Assembly (NCBI GenBank): GCA_965637545.1
Contig: OZ281500.1
Coordinates: forward strand, 8,804,001-8,868,000
Reading direction: 5' to 3'
DNA length: 64,000 nt
Source of the DNA: Phallusia mammillata
Lineage: Eukaryota
Shown: piece by piece, positions 46,772-58,624 of the stretch
Layout: the number at the start of each line of letters is the position of its first letter
How positions within the stretch are numbered: position 1 is the first letter of the stretch
Notes under the pieces: generated by a model
What the model was told of the DNA's origin: nothing
Database searches by the model: none
What the model saw: only the letters and a program-made list of their open reading frames with translations
Position numbers and translations under genes: made by a program

Positions 46772-47419
46772 GTCTCATTATTTTAAGAAACAAAAAAGAA
46801 CGAAAAGCAATAAAACACTGTTTTTTATAATTGAGGTTTCCTTTTTACAGTACATTTTTTGCTTACATAATTATTAGTTGGTTTAAGGGAAAAGATTGCA
46901 AAATATAAAGCACCAAAATATCTGCTGCAAAGGATTGCACAACTATTTCGAAATAACCGGCTTACCGAACTGCCCAGCATATGGTAAGGCTGTTCAAAAC
47001 AACATGAAATTTGGTACACGAATTACTGTGGGAATAGCGACACTGAACATGGACTTCCATTAGTTAGTGAATCATGAGAACACGTAAATGACACCGCTCA
47101 ATGCCATATGTCGCAAACAACCATATGGACTTTATAGGAACGATAAGTTATTTGCAAGTTCAAACTTTTTTAATTCAACTTTATTTCAGACGAACACATG
47201 ACGATGGTGAAAACAAGAACATACTTGTTTGCAGCGTTTCCAAAATTTTCCTTTACTCCTTGCTTGGTTAAATCAGCATACCAAATGACTATATGGTGTA
47301 AGACACGTCGATTACTACTTCAAGTAAAAGAACAGAGTTTATAATCTTTGATTTAATTTGGGCTTTGCCTTTATTTGTGCCTACTGTATATTTTGACCAT
47401 TGCATTGTTTACCTTAAAG

Positions 47420-47728
47420 CAGTGATTCTCAAACTTATATGGATCGCGTACCACCTGACAACGTTTTCTATCGCTGCGAACCACTAAACCTTGCTTGAAT
47501 AGATAGACCAAGAAATAGGCCCGTTTCCTCAACCCGGCTAGCATATTTAGCAATTTTAAAAGAATGTCCAAAACAAGAGTTTCGCCCAAACCAGGGCCGA
47601 TCAGTTGGGTCAGTTGAGTTGCAATTTTAAAACGGACCTAATAGCTATAGCAGAAAACTACTCGCGTACCACCTAAAAAGTTCTAGCGTACCACTAGTGG
47701 TACGCGTACCACAGTTTGAGAACCACTG
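47420..47728. mobile_element. hAT MITE, unit 2 copy (47 bp shorter)
   Basis: Same TIRs and CCTTAAAG TSD as 35939-36294, but lacks the internal duplication. Confidence 0.9.
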
Positions 47729-48106
47729 CCTTAAAGGCATACGTGCCTATCACTCAACCGTAAATGGACTAGAAAACGTTTCATATGCACTCAAGTCTAA
47801 ATTTTATAACCAAATATTTGTTTTGTCTTTTCTTCAAGATCACGATTTTTATGACGTATTGTGCGACTACCCGCAGGATTTCTATTATTCTTCTTCTCGC
47901 CCTAACCTTTTAAGTTTTCTGTATCTTGTAACTGAGTCCTAATCCTTTATGTCTAATTAGACAATATTATTGCTAAAACTCTAAAAGACACCACCAAACA
48001 TTCATTTCATGCAATATATAATAATTTATTTAGACGATACACATGGTAACGGTATTCAATGGCATAAACGGTTTAATCAGCATAAATAAAAATTTTCTAC
48101 ATAACT

Positions 48107-51059
48107 TTATTTTCCAAGATTTTGATATTGACACCAGCCTTCATAGCACGGTACAACTTTGGTAGCCTGGAAATCATGACAGTGACCGATTCCGCCTTGG
48201 TAACGGCACTCGTAGGTCTTGTTAACTTTGCAAACTGGGTAGTGGCAAGCGGTTGTCTGAGTTTCCACAGGTTTGCCGCAATAGATTTGGCATTCGACGA
48301 CGTCGAAGAGAGATTCGGTCAAGGTATGGCATCCGTAGTCGCCGCCATCAGTGCAGTGGCGTGTGCGGGTCTTTTCACCAACGCCACAGTGGATGCTGCA
48401 CTTACTGAAAGTCGACCATTCGCTCAGCCTCGGGCATCGTCCCTCCCGACAAGGTCTGGACTCTTGGGCCGCTCCACCACAAGTTGCTCCGCTTGGAATG
48501 CATTGGCGATGTCTGACCTGGGTTCCGCCGCCACACGATGCGGTGCAAGATCCAAAGTCTGACCATTGACCATAGACAGGACATTGCATCTCGTTGCATA
48601 CCGCCGTTTCTTCGTCCACACCGTCGCACTGCTCTTTCTTGTAGGCGACGCAACGACGTTTCCTAGTTCGGTGACCGCCGCCGCATGTTTTAGAGCAAGC
48701 TCCCCATGTTTCCCAATCTGCGTAGTAAGAAGCAACTCCGGAATACTGCGTAACGATGTCGTGTCTTGGAATATAGCACATGTGCCTCTCACAGCATCCG
48801 GCAAAGCTTCCCTTCAGAGCAAATTGGGCTCCGAGTCGGTAATTTTGGTATGGACAGGAAGGCTGTTGTGGGTAGAATGGAGGGTAAACTGGTGGCTGAG
48901 GGTAGGGGTTGTATCCTGGGTAAGGGTTCGGCTGAGGGTAAGGGTTCGGCTGGGGGTAAGGGTTCGGCTGGGGGTAAGGGTTTGGTTGAGGGTAGCTTGG
49001 ACCACTTGGATAAGGGTTTGGGTAATATGGACCGTTGTTGGGTAGGTTTGTGGGATTAACTCCTCCGTATGAACGTCCGCCAGTGAGATTAAGACTGTAA
49101 GCCAGTATTGGGTCAATGGAATTGCCGTAGCCTGGGAAATGACTTCCGTATGTGTTTGGAACGTACTCGGACTTAAGCTTCTGCAAGTAGTATTGCCAGT
49201 TGTCAGGTGCGATCACTCCATCAAGGACTAATTTGTAGAAAGATTGCTTCAGATGATCGGGAACGTGGCTGACAGTGATGTTAAAGAGCTGGTATTGGAT
49301 AGCTTGATGGGTAATAGACGGATCAACCACACATCCTGATTGACGACAGTAGTGGTAGCTGCTGAGATAGTCGGATGGAGACGAATGCTGGTTGAAGGGA
49401 AGACACATTGGTTGGCCGTACATGTCTCTACCAGATGGAGTGGAGCTGCGGTAGGGATCTTTTCCCGAGCGAACCTTTACATTATGTAGTTGCGCAGCAA
49501 AGAAGCAGCCAATTCCGGCCTTGGAGCAGCCTCCGATCAATGCACATTGCTGAGGCGCAATTCCTAAAAATCAAAAGCACAATTATACAAAGTCCAACCA
49601 ATTTATAGTGATACCAAAAAATGTTTAACAATTTTTAAGCGTACCTAGCCATCCTGCTCTCTTGGGCTTAATTCCAATGTAAAGAAGAACATCAACCATG
49701 TAACATCCAGCGGGCTGTCTGTGGACCAACTCAAGGTTTTGCTGAATAAGGCACTTGGTGTAAAGACCGTTCCACGGCTTTCCGCTCTAGAATTTATACG
49801 AAAGTTTGCTTAACCATTTGGATCTGTTTGTGTTTAGGATTATTGTTTGTTTTAATCTTACCTTGACTGTGTATTTTTTGACCAGACGGTGAAACTCTTT
49901 ATTACGAATAGCAAGCTGGCACACTGGTACACCAGGAAGAACGCTGTGACCGAGAGCACGACGAACAGTAGCCAATTGAGTATCGAAGTAGCATCCCGGT
50001 TTTGCGTGACAGGCCAAGGGGTTGGTTTCCAAAGATGGATCGCTTGCGCTGCATGGGATTCTGTCAAAAGGACATAAAAGATGTTTTTAGAAAAAAATAT
50101 ATTTTGTGTTAGAATAACATATTTTAGATAAAGTGTAAATATAAAATAGAAACTTTTTTAATAAAATTGTGATATAATACTTTCCGGAGTTTGTGGTTGA
50201 AGTTACTTATATTATAATATAAGATAATTACTGATAATTATCAGTTGTTCTTTCGTACCTTTGGCAATATGGGACATCCACTGGAGGCTCAAAGAGCTTG
50301 TAAAGATTTGGGTCATGTTCATGAATTCCACAGTTGTCAGGAAACACTGGTGGGCACTGGTTAATTGGTGGGAAAAACGGAGGGATGTGCACAGGAGGGT
50401 AATTGTACAGAGATGGTGGCCCGCCTTTAAAAACAGAAAAATATTAACAAATAAGATAAATGACAAGATGTACTCAAATTTTTTAATCTAGTTTTTGCTT
50501 ACCTGGTGGGTAGTAGCTACCAGATCGACCAAGTAAGTCTCCCTCTCCATAAAGTTCCTCAAGTTTAGCAAATGGTACTGCAAAAATAATGCCAAATATA
50601 ATCATACAATTCATGAAATATTACACAGGTTAATTTTAATTAATAAGTGGTATTCTTTTTTTCTTGATTTTCAAAAGACCGCCCTACATTTTTTAATATC
50701 TATTTTTGCCATAAATATAAGTATTGATTTGTAGTGGCTGCAATTCTGTAAACCGTACTTATTTTCGAGAAACATCCTCCGCTGTAAACAGAGCAGTGAG
50801 GTGGACATGCAGATTGATCAGTGATGGTTGTGCTGTTTGCGTCACAAGGATCTTCAACACAGGGAACGGCGGAATCTGTTTTTAAAACAAAGATTAATTA
50901 AGTATTGTTTGGTCTAAGATGCTCACAGTCAATTAGAACGTATTTACCTTGAACTATTTCTCCGTATTTCACCAAATCATTCAGTGTAGTGCAATTACTT
51001 TGCTGTCCTCTGGCCAAGGCAGCCAACGAGGCAACAAAAACAATAAGTATCGAATGCAT
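48107..51059 (-). CDS. Secreted trefoil-like/TSP1 protein, paralogue C (near-identical to B), 755 aa
   Basis: Exons 51059-50948, 50875-50759, 50577-50503, 50424-50259, 50060-49862, 49786-49645, 49563-48107. Frame and splice sites intact; at least 4 amino-acid differences from B. Confidence 0.92.
48918..48989. repeat. Coding 18-bp minisatellite x4 (paralogue C)
   Basis: Identical to 37484-37555. Confidence 0.95.
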
Positions 51060-51291
51060 ATCTGTGGAAAACCAAGGTTTAGTATTAGAAGTAGATGTTA
51101 ATTTAGCGTACGCTAATAGTTTTTACCAGTCGATATTACAACATTTCAAAATGGTTTCAAAAGCGGAATGTACATCACGTATTCGTAAAACGTGCTCCAT
51201 TTACCTTGTCTCTTTTCGAGGTACCCAACTTGTCTTCAACTCTTGAGTGTCAATTTGAATTGTAACGGTGAACCAGTTATCAATTCGATTT

Positions 51292-51380
51292 GAATGATTT
51301 CTTAGCCTTAGCGCGTTGCTTATATACGCTACAACAGCTTGCGCCACCAACCACCGCGCCCTGAGGGGAATGTGACGTCA
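51292..51380 (-). promoter_or_regulatory. Core promoter of paralogue C (initiator, TATA, CRE)
   Basis: Duplicate of 39859-39947: TATATAAG at 51326-51319 and TGACGTCA at 51373-51380. Confidence 0.6.
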
Positions 51381-52806
51381 AAATGTGTCACTAGATTTTG
51401 CCTAAAGGCGGGAAAATTGAGGCGTATAATGGTAATGGATTCCCTGAAGCAAACTTTGCCATAAAAATAAAAAACAACTTGAAACGATAATATTCCGTCG
51501 AGACAAAAATAAAACGTTTTTTAATTAACGACAGGATTTCTGATTGGATTCGCTGTTTACGGTGGTCAGATATGAATCACTCGGTGGATTAAATCGCACT
51601 TAATTTGCGGTTTTATGGAAAACTGTTGCACTCGGTCGGCGCAAGGCGCTTGACGTATTTTGACGTATTTGACCTACGGGACAAGCGCAAACATCAATCT
51701 TCAGGAAGTTGATATCAAGAGTGGCAAATAAAAAACGGCATTGAATTAACTATTACACTAATAGCAATAACTCCTTTGTTCCTGACTATGAAAGCATAAC
51801 TTCAGATAACGCACCTTTAAAAAAAATCGCCACATACCCTGTATATTATTCAAAACATTCTATGAAGTAATTATAGTTAATTATATTTAGTAAAAAGTAA
51901 GTCAACAAGCTGTGCAATATTGCGTTGATGTGTCATGGTATTTTTCGCTGTATTGCTGCAAAATTAAGGCCGTTCTTGAAGTTTTCCCTGTAGCTATTTT
52001 TCGCCAAAAGAATGTCAAGTTCCGCGAACGTCATAAAGCTTTGACGTGTCATTTGACTTTTTCGACAAATCCCGCGAAATGTGATTCACGCCTACTTATA
52101 GTTTGGCTTGGCGCCTATAGGCGTCAACATTCGTGTACGAATGTTGGAATTGCCCGGAACATTATTGCGGCATTTTGCTTATAACTTGAAGTTTTAATCG
52201 TTTTGTTTTGCATTAGTATGACGAAGGCAGTCACCTGGCACTTCTTCTTGGTGGGCAAATTTGTTGACCGTACTTTTTTGAACAATTTTGAAATTTGCAT
52301 AATGGGTACTATATTTAGTAATTTTGAATTGCATCGGCCAACGCCCATGACAGTTATGAAAAGCAACTGCACTTTTTGCAACCTCTAATCAATAGAAAAT
52401 GTTGATTATGGTCAACGCTGAAGCATTCACTTATGTTTGCGGTCGTGCTTTTGGTTTCAATTTTTACATTACGTTTTAGTCCAGCAAATTAATTTTCCAG
52501 GTGTGGCACCCAGTTCCATTTCAGGATACCTACACTTACATCAATACCCTATTGAAGGCGTTGCCTACAAAGCTACCAACAACAATAAAATGATTAGCCT
52601 ATTTGATATCATCAGAGCGCGACAAATCAAGTGAAACAAAAGGCTTGCGACTTAACAAGTCACGCGAATAGCATCGGAAACAGCTTTCTATTCTGAACCA
52701 ACATCACACAAGGTGCCACATTGCGTTTGAGTAAACAATTAACCAGTTACAGCCTATTTACTATGTTGCTTCAGCAGTGAGCGTTTTTGCTTGCCTGAGA
52801 GTAGTC

Positions 52807-54023
52807 ATGTCCACAACTCAGGCCAACAACAAAGCAAAGAAGAATAGAAAAATGGCAACCGACGTTCGGATATGGTTCCCTGTGTCAGTCACTGTTGTAG
52901 CTTACCTAGTTTTTTTCGCCTACGAAATTTCAAGACGGTAAGTTTACGTGTGTATAACCAATATAACGTGTAGTTATGAAGTGTGTGGGAGCCTTGGTTT
53001 TCCGGTATGCAACAAGGAGGCTGTTTTATTGTAACATAAATACCCAAATTTCAGTATTTGTCGTACCTGAACATTGCTACAGCCGTACTATGATAAAATA
53101 TACTCACAGTCTTTCTTGTTTGCTGTGTGTATGTATAGCATCAAATGTTTGAATAAGTTGGTGGTTGGTGTTACGACCGTTTCGCGTTTACATCGACGGA
53201 AAGCCGCGCCTTATGCACGCTGATATCATCAAAAACAAATACGTTGATTGTTTTTACGATGTAACAAAGCAGTTTCATTATTGTCTTCCTAAATTTAGTG
53301 TGGTAAACTGTTTTGGGTTGAATCTTTTTCAGTCTTGCCCACACTAGTGGGGCATTGGAATCTCAAAGATGCATTGTTAGACTTAAATCACTAATTCGAT
53401 ACGAGCCTCACTTAAGTCGCTTTTCTAAATCCTTGACTTGACTTAAGTCACAGGTTGGAAAGTCTACACTCGACTCAAACTTGCTGCAGATTGACTTGAT
53501 TTAAACACTAGCATAAACCGTGTTTTGTATTCAAAACCGATAGATATTTTGCATTATTTTTTTTTGGGGGGGTCTTCAACCTCATTAAGCAATAATTTGA
53601 CATACATTTTACTAGGCGGTTTTGTTTGATTGCTGTGTTATTGCTAAATGTTTTTTTATATTTGCAACCTGCATTGAAAATTCCGAAATGCCAAAGCGCT
53701 CACGTGGCTATAACTTGTAGCTAAACCAAATGAAAGAACCTTGGCTGATTTTGAGACAAAATTAATTCAACTTGGATTCGACTGAAACCCATTTCCCCAT
53801 ACTGCTTAGATGCAATGTTATTAAGACATGATTTTTGTGCAATTCAAAGCTTTTTGACTATTACCTTTTTTGCAGATGTACAAAAGTTTCAGATGTTGGT
53901 AGTGATTTGAATGGAAGCTATGCAGCTTTGCCAACACAGGATGCTGGATCCCCAACTCCCTTTCATGGTAACGATATGGCAGTGTATAAGTCGTTGCAGA
54001 GTATCGCTTCCACGTCCGTTTAA
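52807..54023 (+). CDS. Candidate small membrane protein (unit 2 copy, 92 aa with upstream ATG)
   Basis: Exons 52807-52937 and 53876-54023. The in-frame ATG at 52807 adds MSTTQANNKAKKNRK before the hydrophobic segment. Confidence 0.45.
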
Positions 54024-57000
54024 AGCACTTTTTACCGTTGCACTTGTTTCTTTGTTGTTGTTGTTTGCAGTAAAAATTCGTTGTTTCCCTTTTAGTATAT
54101 TACTGAACGTTTCTGTGCAAATTATTTTTTATTTTCTAGCTAACGCCAAAAGTACGTAAAAACACCAAAAATGAAATGAAGTTGTTTGAATGCACAATAC
54201 GAAAATAATAGAGTGCCAACTACATCATTAAACAGAAAAACAAATTGTTTTTTTCTAAAAATAATTGAAAAAAGACGCTCTAAAGATTTTGCGTAACAAC
54301 TGTTTGTTGCCGTGCTAACAAAAAAAAAACGGCGATAAAATGCGTTGGATTATTTATATGCAATAAAAAGGGACAAATCACGATTACACAAAAATGTAAG
54401 CTTTAGGCTACAAAAGGTGGTGTTTGCATTGTTCCAGGTTTGCAATATTTGACAAAATATGAAAAACACTGCCACAATTATTTTTATGTCCGAATTTGGT
54501 AAACCAGTTGTAGCCCGCAACAGGTTAGTGACGTGAGACGCCCGCATTTCACCTTTCATTGCCACAGTTGCCTAAAAATGGTCAAATTGGGGATCAGTAC
54601 AGTTTTACATAGTATCGTATTTAGTTACACGCTGTGACCACTGCGTTCTCAGGTTTATATAAATTCTTGTGTGCCACACCAAACAAGGTTTTGCTTTTAG
54701 TTTTTAAACTATCGAATTCCTGATCAACGCTGACTAGTATGCATTCTGAAGAATGTTGCATTCTGCTGGGTTTTCTTAATGAATTTTTATCTTTATCAAA
54801 TTATACCGTGGCCAATATTATGTTACGCTTTATGTTAAGCTTTGTTGTGGATTCCCTGTAAGTTCACTACTAAAATAGTGAAACAACAACTAAAGATCAA
54901 AGGTTCAGGCTTCTGCTGTAAATCACTGCAAACATAGAATTGAGATAATAAAGTCATGCAATGGTACCAAAGTGAAAGGCAAATATACGCAATTACCACA
55001 TATCCGTTGTATTTGAAAAAAGCAATAACGAAGTCGTATGGTATGCACAGTGGCAATATAGAGTTTAAGCCATTCTTTCTACTTAGAAATAATTTCTCCA
55101 CTATGTTTAAAAATAACTTTTATGCAAGCGGTTTATAAACTTTTGCCTCATTAAGTTATCACATTGCGCTCAGTTTGTGCTACGTCTTAGATAGTTCATA
55201 GAAATCGTTCCAAGAATTACAAACATACACTATTATGGGAGGAAAGTTAAAGACTGGTAGTATTTGGCCATGAAGCAGTTGTTGAAATGATATAAACGAC
55301 TTAGCAAATTAGGTACACAAAAATGTATTGTTTTTATTTATTGAAAAACGCCAAAGGATATTAAATTTTAACAGCACCAAAAATCGCTATAAAGCTCAAC
55401 GATGAATGGTTATAGCTGTGTACGGCGACGAAGACAAAAACGTGCTTATGGCTTAAATTTGTGACAAAAATACCCAAGTTATGTTGTGTTGTAGCGGTTC
55501 GTGTGTAATTTAAGGATTTTGCTTGTTGACTGGTATTGCACTTTTCAGGACATATAATAAATCATCCAATATATTTTTTTGGATGAAAGCAAATCTACCT
55601 TGCATGCACAAATTGAGTGTGCTGAAATTGTCAGCTATATGTCAATATATGTGACTGAAATCTGTTAAGCATCCGTGGATCAGGACGATTTCTGTATTAG
55701 TACATCTTTAATTTAAAAGTAAAAAAAATAAAAAAGGGACTAAAAAATATAAGAGTTGACTGGAGTTGGATTGGACAAATTTGTTAATAAGCTTCGTTCG
55801 TTATCTTACACTGCCTAACGTTGCTATGGAAAGCTGAATTTTTTTCAAGGGGAGTATTAAAACTATATCGTTTGTCATAAATGTAATAAAGTTACATATA
55901 TGCAAACAGTCCTTGGCAGCTCCGTGGTTTTGTCAGCACATGATTCTGAATCACAAACTCTTTTTACAGTAACGATGTTGCCTTGTTTTTACGAAATAAA
56001 GCTTCCACTTCCCTTTACTGGACTTTTTTATCGTATCACCTGCGTTTGCCTTGTTGATTCCTTAGTGGTTTATTCATTTTTTTTATGTTGGTGATACATC
56101 ATCTTCTGGTAATCTTTTATTATTTGCTAAAAAACGCTAAAATGGCGTAAAAATATAAATAGAGAGTTGTGTCATTGTGCAAAACAGAAGACCAAAAATT
56201 ACATGTGCAAAATGCAAAAAACGGGAAAAACCGCAAAAAATATGATTTTACACAATAAATAAAATCGAAACTAAAAGTCTTGATTTATTGGTTTCCTTAG
56301 CGTCCATCTTGAAATTCGTCAATTAGTTATGACAAAACTTCTGCAGAACCCCATACACCGCCTTGTAAAGAGAACAGGGACCCGACCAATCTCGTTTAGC
56401 CTGTGAAAAACAAACAATTGTAAATCAAATACGGGTTACACTAAATCTTTTACAATTGAAAGCTTTTAGGGTGTTCCTCTATCGACTTTGTTAATGAGTG
56501 GTTTAAGTTTAACAACTTTAGCGGTATCTCCCAGTATTGTGCTCATAAGATATGCTATAGGCGTTTAGGAAAAAAAATCGGCGGTTCGTACTTTACATAA
56601 ATTAAATACTGCGTCAGAGTTTTGTGGGCAAAACGTCTCTTTTAAAAATAACATTAAATTAAAAAAAAACTGTGTTATGGTCTCCAATGTAAACAAATCC
56701 ACAAATTTACGGTTGAATTTTCACTACCATGCCCTAAAATTTTAATGACCCTTTTCACATTTTATCCCGGTTACAGCCATCGACAATCGAAGGTATAATG
56801 TCGAGGCACAAATTGCTGGCTACTTCCTTCTCTAAACGCTGGTGAAAACGTTAGTTTAGCATAATGTTAATGTTTTCGCTAAAGATTGGTTTAGAATGCT
56901 TAAAAACAGGTTATGACAAACGACTGTCCTATTCAGGGTGACTTGATAACCCTGCAACGATTGCAGTTTCAGTATTTCCTTAAGGGAATTTATTAGGTAA

Positions 57001-57287
57001 AGGATTAGTTGGGTAATTTTTTTGGCAGTGCGCTTAACATTAAACTTAGGCAACAATTTGGAGATCAAAGAGCACAATATGAAGTTGAAAACAAATTTTC
57101 GTTCACTTGGAATTCTTACGTAACATTTGGTATACAGTCCAAGATGCTTAACTTTGGCTTGGTAAGTCACCATTATATTCATTTTGGCTATATCGTAAAT
57201 TGTTGGGCTAATTTTGGCAAAAGCAATACTGCCTGTAAATGCCTTTTAAACTAAGTAGAAATTACTTTTTTTTAGGTTTTTCTTTAC

Positions 57288-57545
57288 CTTGATATGTTTT
57301 GCGTTGAAATCACTACCGTAGAGACGTGATAAAAAATCAAAAGTTTTTCTTTGCAACCATAATGCCTGACAGCAATCGTCAACGTGGTGGCGTTCAAACG
57401 TGTTTGTGCTAATGCAGTGTGTAGTGTCTTGGCAGGTATCCACTTTATTGTCCAACGCCTTGTAGACTGAAATCAAACAATGCTTGGAGCTGTTCTTTCC
57501 TCCGCAGGAATGTACAGATGCTAGTCTTCGTGCAGGGCATGCTTG
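57288..57545 (-). other. Candidate Cys-rich coding exon (86 aa, phase 0-0) of an unresolved gene, crossing the duplication boundary
   Basis: Acceptor CTTTTTTTTAG|CAAGCA and donor ATCAAG|GTAAAG enclose a 258-nt open frame QACPARRLASVHSCGGKNSSKHCL...DTCQDTTHC...DDCCQALW...NAKHIK. Only its 3' part (45871-46034) exists in unit 1. Confidence 0.4.
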
Positions 57546-58624
57546 CTAAAAAAAGATTAAGTTGAATTTTTCAGTTTGCCAAAAATTTTAAAGCCTATAA
57601 AATATAAAGATGAAAATTGTCATACCCGGATGTCTTCAAGAAAATATTTTACAAGGTTGCACTTTTTTTGTACTTCCATTCTTGATATGAGTGTTGTTGG
57701 ATTAAATGAAAACGTTTTAGATGGAGCCAGAACAAGTACCAAAAATAAATTTAAAAGAATGAATTTCATCACGTCGGCGATTTTCAGTGAAATTTTGGGT
57801 GTAAATAATAAAGGTCTTCCTCGTCCGGTACAGTTGCTTGTTCTCCTCGTACCTATCAGTAGTTGTGGTAATCAGGTTGTGGATGAAATGTGTTGGATTT
57901 AAGCTTATATAATGTGACCAGGCAAACTCGGTTTCGGTAATATTTCGTCGTACAATTGGGGATTTTTGCAAAAAAAAGTTTAATGAATTTTACGAGCGGT
58001 ATTTACCACACTGGCCAAACGCACATTGTGACTGAAAACATTGTGACTTAAACCACACACCAAAAAGTAACACATTGTCAAAAACTCCTTGTAATAATAA
58101 TGACAGCGATTGTTTAAACATCTGTGATAGATGTTAGGTTTTTTAAAGAATTTATTCGAAGCTCTGGCATTTTTGATTAAATCCAATACTTATTTTAAGT
58201 TAAATTTAAAATGTAAAATTATGAGTAATATCCTTTTTGTGATATTTTGTTAATGTTTCAATGTTGTGGTAGATTTATTTGTTTGTTTTATTCCACTTTT
58301 CTATTCTCGAAGCCAATTTAAAAGATAATTTAAAGACATAAGTTTTCGTGGGTGGGTTAAAGTTTTTACCTTTAAAGGTCTACTTCAAAGTACCAAAAGT
58401 ATACGTTCTCTATGGACTATAGTGTGCGTTTTGAACTTTTTACGTCGATTTGATACGTTTGTTTGTTTGTGTAGTTTTTTGGAATTAGCATCACCACTAT
58501 ATACTTCATTTAACTATTTAAGTTTTGACGAGTCTCTGTGGATATATTTCACATTCCACAAAAATAGTGTAAGGAATTTTGACTTTCCTCTGGGTTGCTG
58601 AACGTACGTTTCAATTTGGACAGT

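Larger units (their letters stand above)
46045..57451. repeat. Tandem segmental duplication, unit 2 (11,407 bp)
   Basis: Colinear copy of 34564-46034; offset drifts from 11,481 to 11,417 through indels. Continues into unique sequence CCAACGCC at 57452. Confidence 0.97.
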
